A stretch of DNA of 62,909 nucleotides, filler included, from Sluysia triapertura (taxonomy: Eukaryota): the NCBI GenBank assembly GCA_046118255.1. It is 5 parts of 5 records of this genome, joined end to end, with 100 filler letters (N's around TTAATTAATTAA, not from the genome) between each part and the next. Parts side by side here need not be neighbours in the genome. Positions count along the whole stretch, not along the records: positions 38,972 to 51,289 come from JBJNIA010119973.1; positions 51,390 to 62,909 come from JBJNIA010183812.1; 3 more parts are not named here. One strand, 5' to 3'. Shown here piece after piece: positions 40,003 through 51,780 of the stretch; position 1 is the first letter of the stretch; each line of letters begins with the position of its first letter. The notes beneath the pieces are model-generated. The model was not told where the DNA came from. It saw only the letters and a program-made list of their open reading frames with translations, and searched no databases. A program made the position numbers and the translations under genes.

Positions 40003-40053
40003 TAAGGTAAAATTCTTATCGAGTGTGTTAAGCATTTTCCTGATAATTATCAA

Positions 40054-40253
40054 ATGGTAACAATGGATACTTATATATCGGGAAACAAAAACTTTGATAT
40101 TCCACCAGAAAGTAAAATAATATCAAATGGATATTACAGCAAATTGTACATTAGTGATTCAGTTAATAAAAAAAATGTCGTATTGAAAGTTTACAAGGAA
40201 CAATCCTTGAATCAACATGCACGTTACCAATTGCATGAGATAGATTTTTTGTT
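40054..40253 (+). CDS. Protein kinase-like gene (probable pseudokinase), exon 1
   Basis: ISNGYYSKLY (Gly-loop position), VVLK, HEIDFL (alpha-C Glu); gtatgt donor, phase 2. Confidence 0.7.
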
Positions 40254-40613
40254 GTATGTTTTTCAATTTATTTTAAATTAAACTTCATAAATTTATATTC
40301 AGATTTGGTGATGTGCGACATAAAAATTTTTGTAAAAAATTCATGAGATAATACTACAATATCTATTACACCTTTTAAATTGGACTTATAATGCTTATAA
40401 TACTTTTAATGCTCAGAGAAAATTTTATAAACCTCACGGTATACTATGAAAAAAGAATATTCAAAGCAATTTAGTTACACTTTTTCCGTATTAAGTTTTG
40501 TATTTCTTATTAACTCCAAGAGTAAACATTTATAAGTATTCATAGTTATTGATATCAGTAGTAGTTTTTAAGGTTTGATTTATAATGGAAAACTTATACT
40601 AATTTGAACCTTT

Positions 40614-41201
40614 CCGTATTTCTATATTATTAGTTAAACCGCGTGATGTTTCAGGATGATTTTAATTTAAGACCTTTTCTTAAATGAGTCCCGGTTGACA
40701 GCCGATTGAATACCTAATAAAAATCAATGAATGGATTGAGACGGTGTTCAATGCATTCTGTAGCTTTAAATTACAATACATTCTGAGATACTTTCATTGT
40801 CACTTTCTGACTGTGACTGACTATAATAAGATTCTGATTGTGATTCACTTTCAGACAATCCTTCAAGTAAGATTTTATTAACAATTATCAAAGCGTTTTT
40901 CCTTTACCGCACAATATCCATGATGATGACTTAAAGTAATGAAAATCAGTTAAATGAAAACTCCGCAGAAACGTTGGAATCCATTGACTACATGACATTC
41001 CAGAGGATGACGATATGGCCAGTTAGTGGTTTTTAAACACAAAAGTGTTATTTATTAATAAATGTGTGTTGGTTTTTAGAAATTTCATAATTCCCTACTT
41101 TGTAACTTTGTTTTTCGATAGATGAAAATAGGACACCACTTTAGTCATATAGTGGAGTGAAAATTAATATAAGCCACATCTTATTTTCGGAAAATACGGT
41201 A
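40614..41201. mobile_element. pogo/Tc2-type element in the kinase intron
   Basis: Right end CTTATTTTCGGAAAATACGG followed by TA. Left end CCGTATTT is degenerate. Confidence 0.4.
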
Positions 41202-41259
41202 ATAAATGTACAGTTAATTTTACTTTTTCATCATTTATAATAATTTTTTAATTTGTTTT

Positions 41260-41620
41260 TTCTATTCAAATGACACTTACACATTTCGTTAGTACAATTA
41301 ATAGTTTCTTCTATATTTATTTTTGAATTCACTTCATGTACAGAATTTCATAACCTATTTTATATATTTATTAACTAAGACATAACTAATATTTTCTTTA
41401 TTGATTTTCAAGCATAAATTTTATTAATTTAATTATTAGTTCTTCATTTCTGATAATATTTTCTATCTTATTGGTTTCAAATTCTGTTTATATTTGCACA
41501 TCGTCATCATAACCATTCTCTTAAACCTGAAGAACTTGATTTTTTATGTACGCATCATTTAATGAAACATTATTTTACGTCTTTTAAATAGATTAATTTA
41601 CTATTTACAAGGTGCATATT
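41260..41620 (-). mobile_element. Decayed LINE reverse-transcriptase fragment
   Basis: GYDDDVQI at the YADD position; CTTGAAAATCAAT shared with the copy near 4750. Confidence 0.55.
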
Positions 41621-42291
41621 TTGAGATATTTTATAGATAATTATAAATTAATCTTTCTGTAATTTTTCTGAACATTGCAAATGAAATTTCTTGCACATAT
41701 ATTTAATTTTATCAAAATCATATTGGAAGAATAATATGTTGAAAACAGTTATTATTAATTTAACAGTTTAATCATTTTTATATTTATATCTAATTTTCAA
41801 AAAATAAGTGAATTATTTATTTCATTGGGAAATCATTTTAAAATACACTAAACGCCTGATTTCTCCGTTTTTTATGTTATTTATACTTTCAAACAATCTT
41901 GTTTTCTAATAAGACTAATTTTACAATGGATTCTGGTTTTTAAATAGTACACTTTTCTTGGAATTATTGGAAACCATTTTCCGCTCAAATTAACAGTTAA
42001 ATGTCTTATTGTTTTATTGTATTAGAAAATTAAATGATTTTACAATTTAATTTTTTAATTTAACTATAATTTAACATTTTAAACCCAACAGGGCATAATT
42101 TAACCATTATCGCTGTCCAACATCAACATTTATAAATAATAATTGTAATAATAAATAATAAATTATAAGTAAAAATAATTGCTTTTTTGAAATTATCACG
42201 TTTTTAAAGTCAAATGAATATGTATCTACAAAAATGAATTTTGGATGTTTATGGATTAACATTCAATAAAGAATATTATTATTTATTTCAG

Positions 42292-42574
42292 TAAATCTGC
42301 CACTGGATTTTTGAAATGTAAAAACTATTTCTTTGGTAATAACAATCAAATTGTGGTTGTATTAAGTAAAGAATTCGACCACACTTTATATGAACATGTG
42401 GAAAATAATCATGATTTGCAAGTACTAAAACACGAAAAGAACTCTCCGGGCTGGAAAAATGCTTTTTTATTTGTTTTGGATGTTGCTATTCAATTGTCGG
42501 AGTCATTACAAAAGTTACACCATGATCAAACTATACGTATGATACATCCAGATCTTAGAATGAAAACTGTACTT
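42292..42574 (+). CDS. Protein kinase-like gene, exon 2
   Basis: ttcag acceptor, phase 2 matches exon 1. TLYEHV...DVAIQLSESLQKLHH...MIHPDLRMKTVL corresponds to subdomains V-VIb; gttagt donor. Confidence 0.75.
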
Positions 42575-43279
42575 GTTAGTTAATATAATTGCTGAATATA
42601 TAATATAATTAGTTAATATTGAAATAATTTATTTACTTGTACCTTTAAATAATTTTAATTAATTGAAATTATTAAATTTTAAAATTTTATGCATTTTTAT
42701 TTTATTAAAAATTATTTAAATACTTATTTTAAATAATAATAAAATTTAAAATTGTACAGTGCTTATTATTTTATTTAACTTTTTCATAACAATATAATAA
42801 ATTTACATGTGTATGTAAAATTAACTTTCAATGAATCTATAAATCGTTATATCAAATTTTTTACTTTCAGTACTTTCTTAAAACTAAAACATGAATTTAA
42901 TTGCTTCAGCTATAATTCAGGGCTTAAAACGCATGGTAGGCATGTCTGTAACTATAAAAGCAATTATTCTAATGTACTCTTAACATCGGCATTTACTAGA
43001 TGCTCTGAAATTACTGTCATAATTTTATTCTTAAAGTCGAATTATTTAAATTTTATCGATCTCAACGCAGTAATTTCAATTTTGTTGTAGATTCATTGTT
43101 TAATTAACTCAGAACCAAATTTCTATAATTAAATAACAAATCAAACACTTAATTTAAACTAATATTATTATATCTTTGTTATTTTATATTTATTTCATAA
43201 TTTATTTTATAGTTCTAATTTATTTGTCAAGTAAAAAATGTTAATGTTAAGGTTTAATATATTAATAAAACTAACATTA

Positions 43280-43282
<3 letters not shown>

Positions 43283-43325
<43 letters not shown>
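43283..43325. repeat. (TAA)n microsatellite
   Basis: Direct inspection. Confidence 0.95.
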
Positions 43326-43326
<1 letters not shown>

Positions 43327-44370
43327 GTGATGAAATTTATTGTAATAAATTTTGTAGACAAAAAATAATAATAATATTAAAATAAACATTGTAGTGACCA
43401 ACACCCATAATTCAAAAGTCACTAAAACATTACAACATTTAAATCACAACCACACTCAACATTATCAAATTACAAAAACTAGTTCACGAAAAAAACATAA
43501 CATCTAAATCAATCACATTCCACACTATCGAATTATATGAACTGATTCATCATAAACAATATTCGACATTTATAATAATTCAACAACATACACAGCTCAA
43601 ACAATTCGTCTAATACTCTCAATCATTCACCTCACACTTTACTTTGATAATTAATACCGAATAATCCATAATATTCATTTAATAGTCATCCTCTCAAACC
43701 AAATCAAAACCACAACACATAATATTTAAATCACAAACACATCAACACCATTCAACAACACTAACAAGCACCTGAAACATAGAAAACATTGACGTTACAA
43801 CCTCGAATCAATTATACTAATTCAAACCCAATTCATCTACACATAACCACTATCAACATTTTACAATAACATTGTAAATACGCCAAGATTTATTTTGTAA
43901 TTGTCTTTTAAATTTAATAAACTATAACCTTTTAACAAGCCTCTCAAACCATTATATTCAATGCATAAATCTTGTTTTCAACTATAAACCTTAAATAAAT
44001 CTCAAGAATTTATTCTAACATTCTTTATTTCACTTGCAACTCAAATCATTTTAACTTCAAAAATTCTAAACAAATTTAATACAGCTTTAAAGAAATTAAT
44101 TTCAGAAATGAAGCAGCAACGATAACTGAAGCATAGTATACCACGTTACCGTTGCTCCTTCACATAATACCAATAGTTTTTATTTTTCATTTCTATTTTA
44201 ATATGTCAGAAATAAAAGAATTCGAAAGAAAAGTTCGTGTCTTTTATTTAAAAAGAAAGATTTATGCGTTTTATTAGTAATAATAATAATAACAATATTA
44301 TTGTTATTATTATTATTACCAAATCATTAAAGTATTAAAATTTTAATAAATGACGATCAACCTGGTCTCT

Positions 44371-44533
44371 ACCATCACCAGTGTTGACACTATATGTTAC
44401 ATTTTTCATTAAAGAGCCAACACTGATGATGATCAATCATCAGTCGTATTAATTTTAATTACCACATACATCATCCAATCGAGACCTAGTTTTATGTATA
44501 TTACTTTTAGAAGGCCACGGTTGGATGACCAAT
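44371..44533 (+). promoter_or_regulatory. Double-hairpin, CCAAT-containing element upstream of orphan paralog A
   Basis: Homologous to the reverse complement of 50934-51086. Regulatory role is inferred from position only. Confidence 0.4.
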
Positions 44534-44689
44534 AATAGCTGAAATAAAAATAGAAATTTTGACGTACCTAAAAATAATAATCAATAACAAAAAAATAGTT
44601 TATTTATTTTCTGTACAACAATAACAAGAAACTTCATTAATTATTCTTGGTGGATTCATAATATTAAAAACAATTTATGTAAGCTATTA

Positions 44690-44929
44690 ATGTTAGCTAT
44701 TCCAAAACGTTCTACTACAGAAAGAGTTGTAAGAATTATTTCATTTCTACCTAGTCATCGATCAACTTTATCAGAAATATTTGATGCTAAAGGAAAAATT
44801 GAATCTAGTACTGAAATAACATTTTTTATTAGAAGGACGAGTTACAGATGAAGTCGTTTTGAAAATTATTAATGAAGACGTAGCATTGCTTCGAGCAGAG
44901 AAAGGCTATTAAATGTTGAAACATCGATG
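44690..44929 (+). pseudogene. PPP3C: Calcineurin A (PP2B catalytic subunit) N-terminal fragment
   Basis: STTERVVR..FLPSHRSTLSEIFDAKGK / VLK*HFLLEGRVTDEVVLKIINE..ALLRAEK / LLNVE matches recalled STTDRVVKAVPFPPSHRLT..EGRLEESVALRII. Two frameshifts and one stop. Confidence 0.88.
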
Positions 44930-46122
44930 ATAAGTCAACATATTATGATTGAAGATGTTTTTTTACTGGTTACATCACCGGTTAATTCCAGAGATAATGT
45001 TTTGATGATCATAAAACCATTATTACGTTATGAACGTCAAAATTATCGTCGAAAGATAAATTGTGAGATCGAAACGTTAATGCAGTTGAATGATCAAAAT
45101 AATATCCAAGTAACAATCTATTATCCCCTGATAGTAAGGAAAATGTCAAAGATCCTTATATTGTGCTAATGTTTATGAAGCCAGAAATATATACAATATA
45201 TAAATATCTAAGATGGAGCGTCCAACGTGTACATTATTTGTTCTATCCGATATTACAATATGAATTAGATTATTATTTCAATCCAAGATCAGAAAAACTT
45301 TATGGAGAAACTATTGATGAGATCACGCGATGCATATCGAGATTAGGAGTAAAGAAATGTACCGACAAAAGTCTTATGTTTAGTTCGGAAATTCGTAGCC
45401 AAGTAGATGATGATGGTTTATGCACAAAAGTACATTTACGGTTTACATTCGATCCCGCTGTCAAAACATATTTCATTACATTGTGTTCATTAAAGGAATT
45501 CTCTAAGAGCCAGTTATCCTATCATGTAAGACCTAATGTTAAAATTATATCAATTTATATTTTAGATAACAGACTTAGATTCTGGATCAACGAAATGCAA
45601 CACGGTGCAGCAATGAGTTATGTCAAAACGATGCAAAATTTAGTTTTTAGAATTAAATATGTTTTAATATACAATAAAATTGCCTTCCTTAAGTTTTGTA
45701 TATTTTTGTATAATTGTATAAAAATTTTAAAATTAATTATATTAGTATCGAAACCCGTCAACTTAAATGTAAATTATGGTAAAGAAATACTTTTAGCTCA
45801 TGGATTAATGCAATATAAAACTTCCAATAATAATTTTAATCATTATTTTCCGAAGTTTACAAGTTTATGCCTTAGTAATTCGAAACCTAGATACATATAT
45901 ATTATATTATCTTTGAGTATTACGCGTTTAATAATTAAACTAAACTTAACCACTTTAGCTCTTTATTTAATCGTTTCAATCAATACTCCAATATCAGAGC
46001 AACTTGTAAACATGGTACAATATACAAACTACTTTTATTGTTTTACCAGTACGAATTACTTAAATAAGTATCTAACGCTAGAAGCTTATAAAGCTACAAA
46101 TTGGTATGAACTGCAAAAATAG
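44927..46122 (+). CDS. Orphan-family paralog A (split frame, possibly pseudogene)
   Basis: Overlapping ORFs of 80 and 319 aa; homologous to the 49518-50354 ORF. Confidence 0.5.
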
Positions 46123-47515
46123 AACATCTAAAATTGTATTGTTTCTGAATTTAAACTTTTAAATTTATTACATGTTTTTGAAACAAAACTTCCAAATTTG
46201 ACATAAAACTTATCTTTTTGCATAAATTGTTATATAGTTATTTTGTTTTCTTCGTTTTTTATTAGTACCAAGAAAAATAAAGGACTTATAACATAAACAT
46301 TTATACATCACCTTCATAATTTTGACTTTTCATTTCATGCTTATCTTTTTATACATATTATTTATATTTTATGATTTTTATTTAATTTATTTAATATCTT
46401 TTTCATAATTAAATAGTTTTAAGCAATATCCAAATAAATATGTGTAAGATTAACGATATTTAAATCAAATTTTATAGAAATTAGCAAAACAACAAAAACA
46501 AAAAACAAAAAACAATATTCAAATACCAATTTCTATGATTCTCAAAGAGACATTTGAAGACAATTTATATGACAACAAAATCAATAAAGATTAATAAAAA
46601 GCATTTTATTCAGTTGATTTCTAAATTAATCAATAAGCTTTTGCTTTTGAAGAATTTCACCAAAAATCGATAACAATTCACTTTTTCTTTTATATACGCA
46701 AAACAATTTATGATTATATATTCTAGAAAATGATTGAAATACGTTCAAAGGAATAAATTTGGATAAATAATTAATGTTTTTTATAAAAAGTAATTTAATG
46801 ATAACTATGATAAATAGTAAGTGATAAAAATAGTTTTTCATATTTAAATCAAGAAATATACGACAATATTGTATCATTAATACAAAATAGATAACTGTAT
46901 ATTTTTGAAACATAAACGGTTTATAATAGAGCACCTCTCTTATTATCACAGCGGATTGTGAATATATTTTAAAGATATTCCGAATTTGTTATTATTTCCA
47001 AAGGTATTGAAGATTAAGCATTTATAAATTATTGCCATTATTTGGAATTTTGCTTTTAAGTATTTTATGAAAAAATCTTAAAGAAATTAAATGTCTAAAA
47101 TAAGTACTCAAGAAAATTTATTTGATCAAAAGTAACCGAAAATAATGCTTTCTGATTTTAGTAAACATTTTTCATTAGTCATTGTATCACCAAAAATTTT
47201 CGATAATCTTAAAGCCTTAACTGCACCTTTAAATTCATTAAAAGAATTAATAATGTATTCTCGTGATTATTTCTCATGAATAAGTATGAGTTATGAAACG
47301 TTGAAGCATCTATTATTTTTATACATCTATTTTAAAAAAAGTTACATATTAACAATAATGAATGGAGACATTTTTGGAGCAATATTCATTTTCGATTTAA
47401 ATAATGTTTCATTCAAATGTATCAAACATCATATGCAATCAGTTAAAAGATGTCTAATAAACATCCAAACATTTAAAATACGTCAATTCAATATAACATT
47501 TAGTTTACTGACAAA

Positions 47516-47516
<1 letters not shown>

Positions 47517-47584
<68 letters not shown>

Positions 47585-47585
47585 T
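47517..47585. repeat. (TAA)n microsatellite
   Basis: Direct inspection. Confidence 0.95.
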
Positions 47586-49517
47586 TTATTATGATTATAA
47601 TAATGAATTAATAAAAAAAGTCAGAATTGATAATTTTCAGTAATAATAATATTATTAATATTACTAATATTATTAATGATAATAATAATAATAATCATTA
47701 TTATAAATAATGTTTTGGACAAAAAACGTTTTTAAATTGTTAATGTTTTATATTATTAAATTAATTTTAAGAGCAATGAACAAATGTTTAATTGAAAAAA
47801 TAATTAAATAATTAAAAAATTAATTAAAAAAGAATTGAAAATATAATATGAAAGCTTTTGCATTAGCTTTTTGTTTGTTTTGTCTGAAACAATTTTTATT
47901 AATTAACTATAAAATTTTCTAAACAAATTATTATTATTATTATTAGTATTAATTAATTAATTAATTAAAATATTTTGTAGAAAAATTAAATAACTTAAAA
48001 ATTAAAGAATAATTTATTTCAAACATTGGATTTATTTCTTCTGAAATTTGAAGCTTTTGTAATTGCTCAACCAATCTATTAAGGTGTATAAGTCGTGTTG
48101 TCAATAATGAAATTGAGATTGTTTTTTCAGAATTGTCTCATAATGATCAAAATATTTTATTTATTTGTTTATATTGTTATTTCTATCATAAATTAATAAT
48201 CCAACATGAAATAGCATGCTTTTTTCACAATTTCTTTGATAATATTTAATTTCGAAATAACATTTAGTAATGTCTTTTAACATTTAAAATCTAATATTCA
48301 ATTTATTTCATTTGGAATTATCTTAAATTTATGAATTTAAATTTACAAATTTTTATTCCAGCAAATAAAGAAAATATCCTTACACAGTGTAGACAAATTT
48401 AAAAATAGATATATTTTTCTATAATCCGAGAAGTATTTTCTAAAACATAAAATATAAAAATTAAAACATAAAAATCAAAAATTAAAAATTTTCATTAAAA
48501 ACATTAAAATAATGTAAAATCAATGTAAAAAATAAGTAATAAGAACAAATTAAAGAAACCGTTGATGTGTAAAATATAATAACTAAGTTTTGAATTTGTG
48601 GAATCCAAGACGTATAGTATCTGCTGTTAAAGATAAAGAGTGATATTATTGAAAAGTGAAATATTATGAATGGTGTTCATCTTTACTGCTCACACAAAAC
48701 CGTCCTTACATGTAATAAGAAGAAAGGATATTAGTAGAAAATGTACAGAAGAAATTATAAATGACCTTGATGGTGTAGTGTGATTGGTTTGGTACAGGAT
48801 ATAAATCTACTAAGTATTCTAGTTTGTCGTTATTAAATGAATACGTCGTAAGAATGAGCATTGGTCCTTTTCTAAAAAAGATAAAAGCAGCATGTGGTGA
48901 TTCAACTCCTCGTTCATGATAATATTATATCAAAAAGTACTCGTCATGTGCCATCACACACCACATTTTCATGCCAAACTTTTTTGGAGGTTTGAAATAG
49001 TGAATGTTTGATATTTTTAAAAGTTTAATTCCTAAAACCAAATACCTTTTTAGTTGTTTGATTTTAAATGATTTATACTGATTTATATTTTTACAAACTT
49101 TAAGTAATAAGTCACTCTTTAGATGATCAACATTAATAAAAAAAGTAAAAATAGTTTGTCTTCTAGTATTTTTACAATTGATTTAAACTTTCGAGGTTTC
49201 GGTGTAATATTAGAATTGTGGATAGTTATTAAGGTATCAAATATAAACATCTGGTGAATGTGGGAATTAATCACAGTATAATTGTATTAATTGCCGATAT
49301 TATGAAGAGAGTAGTTTTCAATTTAGAAACACTAGATTCAAAGTTTATACATGTATAAAAAGTATATTTAAATTATTATTAAACATCCTATATAGTACAA
49401 TTTTATGTCTACTATTTATTCTGTTATGATGATTTTTAAAAGAATAAGCTAATTTTTTGATAAATACTACTAAATTTTCATTATCATTACCTTTGTTTAA
49501 TAAAATTACATAAAACT

Positions 49518-50354
49518 TTATACAAAAACTTTATTACATATAAGAACATATTTAATTTCATAAAATGGCTCTCGCTTTATCTTCAAATGGTTTGCTACTG
49601 CACTTTGTTGACTTCCACTGATCCGGGATCTAAGAGCATCATCTAAGATAATAATTAACATAAATTTAAAACCACATCTTACATAAGATAACCCATTAAA
49701 AATAATCTTGGTGATTAATCTGCATAAATTTATTGTAATGATAATTGTTTTATTACTTTCATCAACAATCTCTGATATGGTTAGTTGGTTACTAGAAGAA
49801 CAGGAGTCAATCCTTACAACTCGAATTATAGTGGAATAATTTTGACTAGCTGTTTTTATGTCTAATGCTGACCACTCACTTGATCTCCCACTAAAACTTT
49901 TCAATGAATTCTTCAATAATGACAGCAAATAAATAAAACGACTCTTATCTAAATAAATTAAACAACTTTCTGGTTCAGGATTAACGTAAGTGGTAAATAG
50001 TAGAGTTGATGATTTACTTCTTTGTTCACACTGAAGTAACAGTTTTATAACTATGATAAAATTCTTTTCAAACATTAGGGTCAAATTTACCTTCTTTTCA
50101 TGAACTAAATAACTATACGTCGTTGAAAAAAATCCTTTAACACATAATTGTTTCAGGTTTATTTTACTGATCATATAATTTGTTACAGAAATCTCCATGA
50201 CTTTACGACACATTGCTAAACAACGATCATTTTTACACGAATTTTCGCTGAGCTCAAAAGGAACATTATAATAGTCTAATAAAAAGATTATAGACTTTAT
50301 AATAGAACGAAAAAGATTATTTTCAATATTACTCATGGTATTATTTTTGAACAC
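49518..50354 (-). CDS. Orphan-family paralog B
   Basis: 278-codon frame sharing ILD..LR..I...Q..A.....K........IKYVLI.NK with paralog A. Confidence 0.55.
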   Translation of the reverse strand: MFKNNTMSNIENNLFRSIIKSIIFLLDYYNVPFELSENSCKNDRCLAMCRKVMEISVTNYMISKINLKQLCVKGFFSTTYSYLVHEKKVNLTLMFEKNFIIVIKLLLQCEQRSKSSTLLFTTYVNPEPESCLIYLDKSRFIYLLSLLKNSLKSFSGRSSEWSALDIKTASQNYSTIIRVVRIDSCSSSNQLTISEIVDESNKTIIITINLCRLITKIIFNGLSYVRCGFKFMLIIILDDALRSRISGSQQSAVANHLKIKREPFYEIKYVLICNKVFV

Positions 50355-50933
50355 TAAATTAATGTAGGGAATTTAAGCAATTTACAATTAAATCAATTGA
50401 GTTCATTCTTATCAATGTTACGGTGTTTAATTGTTGTAGTTCGTCGCGAGAAGTAAGCGGAACTTTGTGGTTGTAATAAATCCGTAAACTGTTGTGAAAG
50501 TCTTTATTATTATAGTTCTCTAATTCATACTTACATAGTTTCATATTATCTAAGCGTTTAGTTACGATTTCAGAAGCTAGGTGGATTTTCTGTTGAACTA
50601 GTTCCTCTGCTGACCTTTCTCGATTTAGTCTAGTTGACGAGATTCAATTGCCGATAGCGATACCAATTGTACATCACCTTTTCTAGTATTTAAGTTTTTT
50701 TCCAAGTGTTAATTAATATTATTTTAGTTATGAATTCATAAAGAACGATTGTTAAAGATTTTTAAATACGGATTCATCGAAACGATTGTTGATAAATCTT
50801 TTGAGTACAAAATTGAATGCTAATTAATCTTTTGATTAGCAAATTACCAAAATGAATACGAATAAATCTTTTGCTTACAACTTTACCAAAAATACATGCT
50901 AATAAATCGTTTGATTACAAATAGTAACTTGTG

Positions 50934-51086
50934 GTTGGCCATCCAATCACGACTTTAAAATAGTATACTGAATGATATGTAGAGTGATTGGATGGCATTG
51001 AAAAATAATGAATTTTGATGATTACCATCATCAGTATTGGCACTTTAATAACATTGGCGAACAGAAGTGTCAATACTGATGACGGT
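50934..51086 (-). promoter_or_regulatory. Double-hairpin, CCAAT-containing element upstream of paralog B
   Basis: Homologous to 44371-44533. Regulatory role is inferred from position only. Confidence 0.4.
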
Positions 51087-51289
51087 GGCAACAATTTTGA
51101 TATTGCTTGGACTTTTAAATAATTTGAATAATTTAATGATTGATACTAATAACAATAATAATATTGTTATTATTATTATTATGAAACAAAGAATAATTCG
51201 CACAAATCTTGTCTTTATAAATCTTAAATACATGATCTTTTCTTTCTAAATCTTAATTTCTTACATATAAAAATAAAATTGGGGAATAA

Positions 51290-51389
51290 NNNNNNNNNNN
51301 NNNNNNNNNNNNNNNNNNNNNNNNNNNNNNNNNTTAATTAATTAANNNNNNNNNNNNNNNNNNNNNNNNNNNNNNNNNNNNNNNNNNNN
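51290..51389. other. Artificial contig linker
   Basis: N44-TTAATTAATTAA-N44. Confidence 0.97.
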
Positions 51390-51709
51390 ATAAGGTTAAA
51401 ACTCTACTAAAATAAAACTTTTAAGTTTTAAACCCGCATATTATCTTTGGATTAACGTTTATGACTAGTTAAGAGAATGCAAAAACTTTAAAAAATTTGT
51501 TGAATACTTTGGATCATCTATATCGATTTTATATAAAAACAAAGTAAATTCGAGTCTAAAGTTTATGTGCATACTGAAACTTCTCAAACTGTAAAGAAAT
51601 GTTGAAAACTATTTTTATATTGGAGCTCGAATATGATAACATCGAAAAACTTATGATCCTGCGAAAATTAACAAAGGTTGAAGCTTTAGATAAGCGATCA
51701 GTAGTAAGG

Positions 51710-51780
51710 GTGATGATAATTTAAATGCTATTGTTGATGGTGGTCTCGAGATTAATGCAGTTAGATCATGTTGCTAACAT
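51710..51780 (+). mobile_element. Possible LTR-retrotransposon aspartic protease relic
   Basis: LNAIVDGGLEINAV resembles the ALxDSGSExN active-site region; surrounding frames are broken. Confidence 0.3.

Noticed and set aside
44423-44443. Hammerhead core CTGATGA
   Set aside because: No GAAA partner; it is part of a simple palindrome.
48900-49010. piggyBac-like KPPKKFGMKMWC on the minus strand
   Set aside because: Single short motif; flanking catalytic motifs were not found.
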